64,000 bases of DNA from assembly GCA_964016885.1 (NCBI GenBank), contig OZ024743.1, forward strand, positions 89,652,001 to 89,716,000. The letters are read 5' to 3'. Positions 39,085 to 51,915 of this stretch are shown in pieces. Positions within the stretch are counted from its first letter, which is position 1, and each line of letters begins with the position of its first letter. Both the position numbers and the translations under genes were made by a program. The notes beneath the pieces are model-generated. The model searched no databases, was not told the DNA's origin, and worked only from the letters and a program-made list of their open reading frames with translations. Source of the stretch: Eledone cirrhosa. Its lineage: Eukaryota.

Positions 39085-40385
39085 CAAATCTGTGACCAAA
39101 ATCCCAAAGACAAAACCATAACCTAAAGAGAGAGAGACGACTACGTATAACATGGATTGACTACCAGAAGGGTTTCTGCAGTGTTTCCCATACGTGCACC
39201 ATAGAAACAATAGCTGTGAGTAAAGCATCACCAATAACAAACGGATAGATAATTAAACACGTCTGAAAACTGACTCTGCAGACACGAACAAAGGTAAGAA
39301 TTAGAAAACTCACCCTGTTGGGTGGTAGTAGGGGTGTCACGATAAAACACACCCAGTACAGGCTGTGAAATTGTTTGCATTAGAAGCGTATGAACAGGAC
39401 ACCGTCATCTGACATGTCAGGCCTCAGAACATGACAGCTCATCTAACCCATGCAAGCATGGGAAATAGAGGTAGAAAGGTAATGGTGCAATGATGATGAT
39501 GATGAAACGTGTCTCTATAAATCATAAAATATTCCAAGGTAACCGCCCCTCTCCCCTCTCTCTTTTCTCTGTCTCTCACTCTCCCCCTTTGACTTCTCTC
39601 CCCTTCTCTATTTTTCTCTATCTCTCTACACCTCTTCTTTCTGGTGGTAGCACCTTTAGTCAGCATGTTAAACGAGACTCAAATCGGATATAAATGATAT
39701 TGGAGGACAATAATCGATTACTTTTCTATATGGCCGACCTCAATTTGTACGCTGAAGATGGTAAACAGCTAAAACTACCGCTACAGACAATACGTGGATT
39801 TACTAGCGGAATTCGTGAGATTCGGATTAGAAAAATTGCGTTAGGGCAATTTCGAAGAGTGGATGATTAATTAAGAACATTAATATCATGTTAGATAAAA
39901 AAACTGAGATAAGAAAATCAGGCCAAACCCAGACCTACTAACACTTAGAAATCAGTAACTAAGGAAAGTACAACACTTAAAATGAAAGAAATACTATAGC
40001 TACATTGGGTTAATAGTAATAATGAGGATTTATGATTTTAGGTACAAGACGAGCAATGCCTATAATTAAGCAGAATATATTAAGTGCAGAATATGTAAAA
40101 AAAAAACAAAAAAAAACACCTCCTAACCAAATTGTATTTTACTGCCCAGTGTTTAACCAAGAAGAATATTCCCAGAGACTTATCAGAGTTGGAGGACTTT
40201 ATATACTGGAATTTATGCCAATAATATGAAATACCAACAGACTGGATGTGGTATAAAAAAGATCGATGGGAATGCCACCTTATTGAAGTATTTATCCCTA
40301 AAGATGATGATATATCTCCTAAAGAAATTAACCAAATATAAATATCTGGCAAGTGGGATAACTAGAATATAAAAACTGAAATCAG
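39085..40385 (+). pseudogene. R4/Dong-type non-LTR retrotransposon relic (RT plus REL endonuclease)
   Basis: Ordered motifs WIDYQKGFCSVSH (about 39153), IFQGNRPSPL (about 39530), FYMADLNLYA..FGLEK (39725-39835), QIVFYCPVFNQEEYSQR..YWNLC (40130-40220), NRLDVV..CHLIEVFIP..KEI..KYKYL. Confidence 0.85.
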
Positions 40386-40694
40386 AAACAATCCCGGGAA
40401 GTCTATGACTGGTACGTATTTCATCGGCCCCGGAAGGATGAAAAGCAAAGTTGACCTCAGCGAGATTTGAACTGAGAACGTAAAGAGCCGGAACAACTCC
40501 CGCAAAACATTTTAACCGACGCTCTAACGAATCTGCGGATAATAGTCTCTAATTTAGACACAATACCAGCAATTTCTGAGCAGGATAAAGTCAATTAATT
40601 TGACCCCAGTACTTGACTGGTATTTTATTTTATCGAGCCCCCTCAAAGAATGTTCGACCTGATCGTCACTACTTGACATCAAGCCATTTGTGAA

Positions 40695-40833
40695 GGCGCA
40701 TGGCTTAGTGGTTAGAGCATTGGGCTTGCAATCGAAAGGTTGTGAGTTCAATTCTCGGACCGGGTGATATGTTGTTTCCTTGAGCAAGGCACTTTATTTC
40801 ATGTTGCTCCAGTTTACTCAGCTGTAGAAATGA
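40695..40833 (+). mobile_element. tRNA-derived SINE family 2
   Basis: GGCGCATGGCTTAGTGGTTAGAGC..GAGTTCAATTCTCGGACCGGG..TGAGCAAGGCACTTTATTTC; second copy at 54340-54505. Confidence 0.85.
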
Positions 40834-41648
40834 GATGATAGGACTGGGTCCCTCTCATTAAATTACCCAAGACACCTCAGAGATATACCTTGGAGGAGGC
40901 CAGCTAAACCTGCATAGGTGTGAGCTGTCACACACACACACAAGCCATTTCCACATACCGTTTCACAAATCAAAAAAGAATTAACTATAAAATTTAATGA
41001 TAGAGATTAGCCATAAAGATATGTAGATCGTTGATAGTAAATTCCTCTTCAACAGAGTTATCAGTTAAGTCACTTTAACAAATATAAGTTTAGCTTACAA
41101 TTCATACTACTGTAACTGGAGTCTAAGGGAATATAATAGATTATGGTATTCATTCACAGATCAGTAAAACGAGACCTTTCTAACATATCCATGCTCCACC
41201 CCGCTATATGATGACATTGTAGGTAGGCAGTGTTATACATGGCAGGCGAGATAAAGGAATCTTAACATCTACCTGACATCTGACATTTTTGAACAAGTCT
41301 TCACCTTATTCCGATCACAGGTCAACTGTGTAAAAATATCAACTACCCCTAGAGAAGGCGTCTGATAGAATGATTTGAGCTATTCGTTCTGGCTCTCTGT
41401 TCTCTAACTACAAATCCCGCCTTTCCTTCTTTCGAGGTCAATAAAAAAAGTACCACTTCACTACTGGGGTCGATCCCCCCCCCTCTCTCTCTCTCCTCTC
41501 TCTCTCTCTAAGAAATCGGCTATGTTCAGATCTGGAAAGATGCTTAAAATGCCAGACATGTTATATGTCACTACGGTGCCTCCACGACCATTTCAGGATT
41601 TACGATTTTATACATACATACATATACAACTGGCACTCTGTCAATTAT

Positions 41649-41851
41649 GACGACGAGTGTTCCCGTTGATACGATCAATGGAACAGCCTGCTCGTGAAAT
41701 TAACGTGCAAGTGGCCGAGCATTCCACAAACATGCATACCCTTAAATGTAGTTCTCAGCGACGCACGCATTTGTGGAATTCTCGGACGCTTGCACGTTAA
41801 ATTCATGCGCGGGCTGTTCTGTTGATCGAACAACTGGAACGCTCATCGTCG
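41649..41851. repeat. Inverted pair of SINE-tail-like fragments
   Basis: 41649-41735 vs 41766-41851 imperfect reverse complement; related sequence at 20325-20400. Confidence 0.7.
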
Positions 41852-41956
41852 AAACCTATGGAGGTCCATCCCTTATCTTTGTGTAGCACACTCTACTCAC
41901 GTATGTATTATACACAGACACGTGATCAACTTTGCCTTTCATCCTCCTCGGAGGCT

Positions 41957-42223
41957 GATAAAATAAAGTACCAGTCAAATACTGAGGTTGATAAAATAAA
42001 GTACCAGTCAAATACTGAGGTTGATAAAATAAAGTACCAGTCAATTACTAGGCTTGATAAAATAAAGTACCAGTCAAATACTGGGGTTGATAAAATAAAG
42101 TACCAGTCAAATACTGAGGTTGATAAAATAAAGTACCAGTCAATTACTAGGCTTGATAAAATAAAGTACCAGTCAAATACTGGGGTTGATAAAATAAAGT
42201 ACCAATCAAATACTGGGGTTGAT
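41957..42223 (+). repeat. 33-bp minisatellite (8 copies) amplified inside a SINE family 1 copy
   Basis: GATAAAATAAAGTACCAGTCAAATACTG(A/G)GGTT units between SINE 5' and 3' parts. Confidence 0.93.
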
Positions 42224-43007
42224 TTAATCAATCTTGCCTCCCCCTCCTCCAGTTGCTGGCCTTGTGCCTAAATTAGAAATCATTATTCACAAACTAATCT
42301 TCACAAGACAATCCAAATAAGACATCATTCTACAATATTATGTGCAGGCGGACTTTTATTTTCAATAATTTTGTTCAGCTGTTGTCTGTGTGTAGTTTGG
42401 GATTATAGGCTTTTCTGACGTCAATAATCTGTTGTTGGTTATATGTCTTAGTAAGACATGTCACAGTATGATACTATGATACATCACAACACGCGTTACA
42501 GTACGTCACAGTAATACGTCATAACAACACGTTACAACAGAGGTCTCAACATATTACGACATATATCACGTTCACACGTCATAACACATGTCACAACAAC
42601 ACATCCCAGAACAACACATAACCCATGTCACAGCAACACATATCACAACAACACATGTCACAATAACCTATATCACACTAACCCATGTCACAAAAACAAC
42701 ACATCACAATAACCTATATCACAATAACCCATGTCATAACAACACGTCACAACAATAACACATGTCACAATAACCTATATCACAACAAACCATGTCATAA
42801 CACCCCAACCAGATATACTAATAAGCCGTAACCACATAACCACTCAATATCAAAGCCTCTGAACACTCAATATTTATATCATGATAGAAAGAAGCAACAA
42901 TATTTAATCTGTTAGCTGTAGAGGTGGACTCAGTCTTAAACCCGCCCCGGGTATTCTGTCCGAAAATTCAGTTCTATATAAGCAATGCTTACATTCAATA
43001 GAAGCAT

Positions 43008-44152
43008 AAAAGCAAGATGATAGACCAAAGCAGGCAGAATGCCGGTCACCATCTTTCTTGACAATCTCAAATAAAGTGACATTTTTAAACTGAGCTGAAA
43101 ACTACACCATACAAGAAATATGTAGATGAAGCGTTGACCCCTGATCTACGATTGAAATAGAGTCACTTAAGCCCACCATGCTTTCACTTCAAGGGCGGTG
43201 GATTGGCAGTATCGGTAGAGGGTCGGATGCCATGCTTTGCAGCATAGAGTTACGGTCCTTTACGGTCTGACTTCAAATCTCGCCGAGGTTAATTTTGCCT
43301 TTCATCCTTACGGGGTTGATAAAATAAAGTACCAGTAATTCACTGGATTAATTGGTGGCCTTGTGCCAAAAGTAGAAACAATTATTATCTGCGGTTGTTT
43401 AGGGCGGTGGATTGGCAGTATTGGTTGAGTGTCGGAAAACATGCTTTGTGGCATAGAGTAACGGTCCTTTACGGTCTGAGTTCAAATACCGCCGAGGTTA
43501 GCTTTGCCTTTCACACTTACGGGGGTCGATAAAATAAAGTACCAGTAACACAATGGGGTCGATTTAATCGACTTTCCGCTCTCTTTCAAATTGTTAGCCT
43601 TGTACCTAAACCAGAAACCATTATTATCTTCGAACAGAAGAGAACTTGGTCTTAAAACTATCCGAGCGACAGTGCCAGAGGGCGTTTTCATTGTTCAGCT
43701 GAGGTGACACTAACTAACAGGTTATTGACTGTTAAGAGCCAGAAGGCGTGTTTTCATTTAAGGTGACACCAACAGGCTTGACTGTTGAGGGTTTTAGGTG
43801 TGTTTTCACTGCTCAGTCAAAGTGACACAGAACAACAGATGGACAGAAGCATATTTTCACTGACAAGCTAAGGTAATACAGATCAACAGACTCTGATGGC
43901 CAGAAGCATATTTTCACTGACAAGCTAAGGTAATACAGATCAACAGACTCTGATGGCCAGAAGCATATTTTCACTGACAAGCTAAGGTAATACAGATCAA
44001 CAGACTCTGATGGACAGAAGCATATTTTCACTGACAAGCTAAGGTAATACAGATCAACAGACTCTGATGGCCAGAAGCATATTTTCACTGACCAGCTAAG
44101 GTGACACTGACTAACAGACTGCTTAAGGCTAGAGGCGTGTTTTCACTGCTCA
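43008..44152 (+). repeat. Dispersed repeat (paralog of 10550-11040) with two inserted SINEs and a homogenised 57-bp array
   Basis: SINEs at 43192-43388 and 43401-43628; 57-bp units at 43844, 43901, 43958, 44015 and 44072. Confidence 0.88.
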
Positions 44153-44339
44153 GTGTGTGTGAAAGGATAAAGCAAGAAGCATTGGTTTCTGTTAGATATG
44201 GAATGAAAAAGGTTCTACTATATAGACACCTTGACAAATTTGTCCCAACACGGAAGAGCCGGACTCCCACTGTCATCACCTCCATCTCTCTTGCCCTCCC
44301 TATCTCTTTGTATTATGAGCAAATGGGGGTCCCACGTGC

Positions 44340-44484
44340 TGGCCGCCCCACAGTTCCGGCGGACAGAATGGAGATGGCGTTTCCCGAGAGGATGGTAAGG
44401 GAGATGCGCTGGAAGAGCCATTCCATCACCTGCGGCTGGCTAGTTCAGCGCCTATGGTGGTAAGTAGGGAGGTAGTCCTAGGGC
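44340..44484 (-). pseudogene. CRE-clade LINE 3' fragment
   Basis: Reverse complement aligns to 52905-53055 (EWLFQRISLTILSGNAISILSAG). Confidence 0.8.
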
Positions 44485-44983
44485 CAAAGGCATGTTCCAT
44501 TTCGTTTTAATCCTTAATCAGAGGTTACAGCTTTTCGTGACACGTTTTCAACTTTTTTATCTTTATTTTACACAGCCAAGTGACTCATCGGGTTTGTCCG
44601 AATTCTCGTATAGCCAATCCACTTCTGGACTGCTGTAAATATTGTGTAATATTTCTGTGGAACCATTTTCATCTCTGAAGATGTGTTTGTAATGACAAAA
44701 CATGAACCACTGTTAGCTCTAATATCAAAATAAATAAAAACTACACTCTACATTTTAAGATAGATTGAGTACGTCATGGTGATCTGGATCATTTAAGATG
44801 ATCACACACACACACACATACACATATATACATACATACATATGTACACACACATATATACACATACATACAAACACACACATACACCCATATATATGTA
44901 TATATATATATACGTGTGTGTGTTTGCGTGTGCTCTGTATGTATGTGTGTGTGTCTGTTTGTATGTACGTGTATACACGCAAG

Positions 44984-45052
<69 letters not shown>

Positions 45053-45105
45053 TTAACACTTCACTGCTCGCAAGTGTTTTTTTAAACTTCATATCATGTC
45101 TCCCT

Positions 45106-45174
45106 ATTTTATCTGATGAGAACGCAAGTATAATCCCATGATGATATTTGTTTTTGAAATGCGCATAATAAAAT
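45106..45174 (+). ncRNA. Type I hammerhead ribozyme (complete core)
   Basis: AUUUUAU-CUGAUGA-stem II (GAACGCAAGUAU/AUAUUUGUUUUU)-GAAA-U-GCGC-AUA|AUAAAAU; between (GT)n and (TA)n. Confidence 0.78.
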
Positions 45175-45205
45175 ACATGGAACTCTTTTAACCATCTTCT
45201 GATCT

Positions 45206-45242
<37 letters not shown>

Positions 45243-45326
45243 TACGTGTGTGTGTTTGCGTGTGCCTGTATGTATTTGTGTGTGTGTGTTTGCATATGCT
45301 TGTATGTATGAGTATATATGTGTGTG

Positions 45327-45367
<41 letters not shown>

Positions 45368-45780
45368 AGGGCTGTATATGTTTCCTTAGTATCAGTTATT
45401 ATTAGACAATACTTATAATACCGTCATTGTTGCGTTGTTAGTAGTTGACAATAAGATATTCGCATTGACCCTTATCGAAGGTCACGCTACTCAGTAAATA
45501 TATATTATCGTTGTTGCTGCTGCTGCTGCTGCTGTTAGTTTGTTGTTGTTGTTGTTTGTGGTGTTGTTGTCGTCGTCGGCATCATCGTTGCTGTCGTTGA
45601 TCTCGCCCTCATCGTCTCAGTTTTCCAAATGGTTATAACCCCATGTGAGAGCTGATCTCTGTCATGATGCCTGCTAATATCATTTCGTCAAGTCACTGAT
45701 ATCTGTAACCTTCACTTGGAGAAGTGAATGGAAGTTGAATAGAAACACCTGCGTCTGTCGGCTCTAACCATTTCTTTCAG

Positions 45781-45793
45781 ATTCACAACACTG
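45781..45793 (+). other. Candidate 13-nt micro-exon
   Basis: Branch point CTCTAAC, TTTCTTTCAG acceptor, ATTCACAACACTG, GTGAGT donor. Confidence 0.45.
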
Positions 45794-45797
45794 GTGA

Positions 45798-46877
45798 GTT
45801 GTGATGTTCATGCAGTGTTGTGTTGCTCAAGGCCATGTTGAGATGTACATGTAGTATCGTAATCTCCATAGGAGTGTTGTGATGTTCATGTAGAGTTCTG
45901 GTGTTCATAGGAGTGTTGTGATGTTCATGTGGAATCGTAATCTCCAAAGGAGTGTTGTGGTGTTCATGTGGAATCGTAATCTCCATAGGAGTGTTGTGAT
46001 GTTCATGTGGAATCGTAATCTCCATAGAAGTGTTGTGATGTTCATCTAGAGTAATGATGTTCATAGCAGTGTTGTGATGTTCATGTAGAGTTCTGATGAT
46101 CATAGGAGTGTTGTGATGCTTAAATGTACAGATGTGATGATTATGTATAGTTATAAGGTTTATGAGGGTGTTGTTAAGCACATTTAGGGTTATAAGGTTA
46201 ATGAGGGTGTTGTGGGACACATGTAGAGTCATAACGTTCATGAGGATGCTGTGAGACACATATAGAGTCATAAGGATCATGAGGGTGTTGTGATACTCGT
46301 GTTGTGATACTTGTGATGGTTATGGATGGTGTTGTGGTGCTCATGTAGAGTTGTGATATTTATGGAAGTGTTGTGATACTTGTGGAGGTGTTGTGGTGCT
46401 CATGTAGAGTTGTGACATTTATGGAGGTGTTGTGATACTTGTGGAGGTGTTGTGGTGCTCATGTAGAGTTGTGATAGTTATGGAGGTGTTGTGATACTTG
46501 TGGAGGTGTTGTGGTGCTCATGTAGAGTTGTGATAGTTATGGAGGTGTTGTGGTGCTCATGTAGAGTTGTGACATTTATGGAGGTGTTGTGATACTTGTG
46601 GAGGTGTTGTGGTGCTCATGTAGAGTTGTGATAGTTATGGAGGTGTTGTGGTTCTCATGTAGAGTTGTGACATTTATGGAGGTGTTGTGATACTTGTGGA
46701 GGTGTTGTGGTGCTCATGTAGAGTTGTGATAGTTATGGAGGTGTTGTGATACTTGTGGAGGTGTTGTGGTGCTCATGTAGAGTTGTGATAGTTATGGACG
46801 TGTTGTGATAATTGTGGAGGTGTTGTGGTGCTCATGTAGAGTTGTGATAGTTATGGAGGTGTTGTGGTGCTCATGTA
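45798..46877. repeat. Minisatellite (39-bp unit, later 39/59-bp composite)
   Basis: GGAG(G)TGTTGTG(A/G)TG(T/C)TCATGTAGAG.. units. Confidence 0.92.
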
Positions 46878-47194
46878 CCAGTATACAATTATGAATTGGA
46901 AGTTGGCAGCTGTTAAATATATGAAGAACTAAAATGAAAATGCGATTATTCTCGTTATATTAGATTCAACATTCAGGCATGCATGAGTGGCTCAGGAATT
47001 CGCCTGGCAATCACAGGCTTTTAGGTTCAACACTGTGTATGTGATGTTAATTGAGATTAGTAATACCGTTAAATTTAGTACACAATACTTTAAAAAAAGT
47101 AGAATGAAGATATTTAAAGCACACAAGTTTCACGGCCAAGTTCAAACCATTTAGTTGGTAGAATGGAAATTCTCACTCTACCATGGAAACGTGT

Positions 47195-47238
<44 letters not shown>

Positions 47239-47328
47239 GTGTGTGAGAGAGAGAAAGAGAGAATATATAGTTGTGTTCTTTTGTGGTTTATGTCAGTTTT
47301 TCCATGTGTAAAGTTGCATCTATATATA

Positions 47329-47417
47329 TAGAGTGTACCAAAAAATGTATACATACTAATAGATATTGCTTGTATAGGTAATCAAAGTGTGTATACATTT
47401 TTTGGGTAAGACCCTGT
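47329..47417. mobile_element. Small Tc1-like MITE
   Basis: Degenerate TIR (TA)CAGGGTGTCCCAAAAAATGTATACA; related ends at 59045-59122 and 60128-60152. Confidence 0.6.
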
Positions 47418-47483
47418 ATATAACGCTTTCTAAATCTTTCTTCTGACGCGAGTGTGTATCCCCCTGTCTGCCTTACCCTACCT

Positions 47484-48256
<773 letters not shown>

Positions 48257-48409
48257 AAGAAAATGAGGTTTTTTTAATTAAAAAAAAAACGAGATGTCCT
48301 ATACGAGTGAAAGTATAAGGAAAAGAAATTGAAAATGCAACTGGAGTCTTTTTAAGAATAAATATTCTTAAAAAGACTCCAGCTGCATTTTCGATTTCTG
48401 TTCCTTATA

Positions 48410-49312
48410 TAGAAGAAACCCCACTGTACTAATAGGAAATGTATTATATGTTAAGTAAACTCCCGGATAAACTGTAAAACTAGAAACGTAGTCTATAGCA
48501 TAAGATGTACAGAGGGTACTTGCAGAAACATGACAACAACATACATAGGCGAGACAGCTCGTAGCATAGGTGAAAGGATAGACTAACACTGGGGGAACTA
48601 AAAGGACGAAAAAACGGTTCAGTACTATACGAACATGCCAGACAACAACACGACGGTAACATAGACAACATAGAAATTAGAATAATATCTAAACATAAAA
48701 ATGACCCAGCAGATAGGCAAATCAGAGAGGCCAGCGAAATAGAACTTAGAAGGCCAAGGCTAAACAGAAAAAATGAATGGAATAACAACAACACCCAAAC
48801 AAACAACACTGACCTAAGAGAAGTATAAATAAATAAATACTTATACAGGCACAATAACTACAAACACATATAAACACACACTAGTAAACTAAGATAGAAT
48901 ACAATAACCAATACACAGTCACCCAAACACGAACACACATCAAACAAAACACTATACACACACACAAACGCATGCGCAGAGAAGACAAAAAATAAACAAA
49001 TAACTAAATAAATAAACAGACTAAATAAAGATGGCGTAGGCATACAATACAACGGGAGGAAACATAATAGCACCACTGACGATGTTGCAGATGTGCAACG
49101 AAAGAACTTTGTTAGACTATATATATGTGTTTGTGTCTATATTGTATCTGTATTTTTGACCGTTGGTCAGTCAATGGTAACATTGAGGACCGAATAAATT
49201 AAATTAACCGATATAAAAGACACAGAAGCGAAAACCAACCAAACAGTGAGTGTGTTCTGTTATTAATTCTGGCAATATTACACAAATATGACCCTCCCCA
49301 AGTATAACAATA
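48410..49312 (+). mobile_element. 5'-truncated Penelope-like element (Naiad/Neptune-type): Cys linker, GIY-YIG endonuclease pseudogene, 3' UTR HHR
   Basis: CTNRKCIIC*VNSRINCKTRNVVYSIRCTEGTCRNMTTTYIGETARSIGERID*H, frameshift, SVLYEHARQQH..RQIREASEIELRRPRLNRKNEW, stop at 48826-48828; CTGACGA 49076-82, GAAA 49100-03. Confidence 0.9.
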
Positions 49313-49583
49313 TATATATATATATATATAAGAGCATTAAGGTTTGCTTGAAGCATTGTGGAATACGATTTATTTTCTTTTGGTCGTTTTGGAAGCCTCA
49401 ACAATGCAGATGGGTAATTCTCCGGGTAACAGGATCCGGTGGTGAAGAGAGAGATGTAAGGGAATGTAGAATGAGATGTATAGTGTGTAGTATATATATA
49501 AAGGTTGAACACTGGAAGGTGATATTCGTAGTGGTAGAGCACTCAGTCTATGGGACGAGTTAGGTAGAAGTGGTTCACCATAC

Positions 49584-49742
49584 CGAGAACAATTGTTTCA
49601 CCTTATGCGCATCTTCAGCTCGGACTGGTAATGGTTATACGGAACAGGAAAAACAACCGTATGGTACAGTTGTTTTTCCTGTTCCGTATAACCATAGCCA
49701 GTCCGAGCTGAAGATCCGCATAAGGTGAAACAATTGTTCTCG
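49584..49742. ncRNA. Fold-back pair of divergent hammerhead ribozymes
   Basis: Arms 49584-49657 and 49668-49742; each reads CGAG-CUGAAGA-12 nt-GAAAC-AAUU-GUU|CUCG outward; stem II weak. Confidence 0.7.
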
Positions 49743-49753
49743 AAATTGTGAAC

Positions 49754-49811
<58 letters not shown>

Positions 49812-50430
49812 ATGGCTTCCCCCTCGTTATCGTGTATGGCCATTACACGATATACCAGTATTAATAATTATTAACTAATTCTATCGTGCAATGCCTGTGC
49901 ATGAAGATATTTTTTAAAGTGAGGAAGGACTGTGCATTGAGCCAATCCCACTCTCTGAGCGACAGTAGCTATAACCCGAAAAGAAGAAAAGATCAACATC
50001 ATCGGTAACTACTGAGACGCAGGTTTTATATCGGAGTTATCCCAGTTTCCTGAGTTGCCTTCTCCTAGAAGAATGCCCTGACAAAGGCTAGGGGTCCTTC
50101 ACTCCCAGTGGTTTAACCGCGCGATCGGGTGTCCAGCCCGACTATTTCTATCTCCGCGCATATATATACATATGCACCCATGTATATACACATATACATA
50201 TACATACATATGTACATGTGTATATACATATTTACACACTTTTGGATGGCCGTTGACTCTTATGAGTTCTTCCGCCCTTTGTCAGGTTTTGTTTTTTGTC
50301 CTGCAGGATGTCCAAAATCCCCTCTTCACCAAGTAAACTTGGTGGGGTTGCCGGTTTAGTTGCCGACGAACCGACCATGCGACAGGTTGTACTGGGTTAC
50401 ATGTTACCAGTAACATACAAGAGTGACCCG

Positions 50431-50503
<73 letters not shown>

Positions 50504-50563
50504 CATACATACGAATATTCGGATCACTTAGTGCGAAGCCACGCTATACACTTGTTTTACTAG

Positions 50564-50602
<39 letters not shown>

Positions 50603-51064
50603 CTGTGTGTGTGTGTGTGTGGTAATGTCTGTGGTATTGTATAATATTTATGTAATACAATATTTCAACTCTGCTGCACAATATTAAAGAGATTTAGGTG
50701 ACATTGCAACGACTTTTCATTGTTTGTTTGTGCTCGTTATTTAGTTAAAGAGGGCAGGCAGTGCCAATCACCTTCCTTATAAACCTTCGTCGTGGCTGGA
50801 AGACCTGGCCTGAATAGTTTCAAGTAAAGGTGTCACTAGTACCAGGAGTCGGTGTTAAACTGGACGACGGCTTAAGTCTACCACCACACCTACCGCTACC
50901 ACCACCATTACTATTATTACTACCACCACCACCACCACTTTAAACCGGAAGACGGATTAAGTCTATCGACATAACTATCGTCACCACCACCACTACTACT
51001 ATCACCACTACCGCTACTATTATCACCACCACCGCTGACACATATTCAACTGCTACTACCGCCG

Positions 51065-51096
<32 letters not shown>

Positions 51097-51915
51097 CCCA
51101 CCACTAACACTACCACCAACAACACCAGCACTGCTTCTACTATCACCACCACCACCACTATTATTATTACTATGAATACCTCCCCCACTACTACTCCTAC
51201 CACCCATCCCCACCCCCAGTAGGCCACTGCTGAATTTGAGTTCAAAATGAAAAAATAAAAAAAAAATAGCCGAAACAAACACCACAAGGCATCTTGTCTA
51301 ACCAACAATTCTGTGTGGAGTGGTACTTTATTTGTAGACCTCGAAAAGATAAATAGCAAAGTTGATCTCGGCGGGATTTGAACTCTGAGTAGAACGAGCT
51401 GGAACAATACTGTATGTTCCAACAGCAATTCAGTACGTGGATCTCTTCTATATTTTATAGATTCAGAAAAGACGAAAGACAAAGTTGACAATCTGACATA
51501 ATATTTGTGTCACCTGGAAAATCTTTTAACGATATTATTACGTCCCTTTACGTTCTGGGTTCAAATCCTGCCGAGGTTAGTTTTGCCTGTCATCCTCATA
51601 GGGTCGATAAAATCAAGTCCAGTAACACACTGGGGTCGATTTATTAGATACCCCCCCCCCCCACACACACACACACGCACACACCAAAAACAATTGATGG
51701 TCTTGTGCCTAAATCAGAAACCATTGTTTGGTTCCAATGAACGCAGTGAATGCATCGCATAAAACCGCATTAGCAAGACCTTGAAAGGTATTAAACAATG
51801 CTATACCTATATCACATTAAAAACTGAAATCTTTACGTTAGTATTCTCCCCCCCCCCCTTATTTTTATTTTTATTTTTTGTACATTCATCCATTCACTCA
51901 TTCATTTACTAACAT

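Noticed and set aside
41957-44092. 33-bp and 57-bp regular repeats as CRISPR arrays or repeat proteins
   Set aside because: Contiguous tandem units derived from a SINE and a dispersed repeat; no spacers
45783-46280. His-rich 165-aa ORF
   Set aside because: Reverse translation of a 39-bp minisatellite
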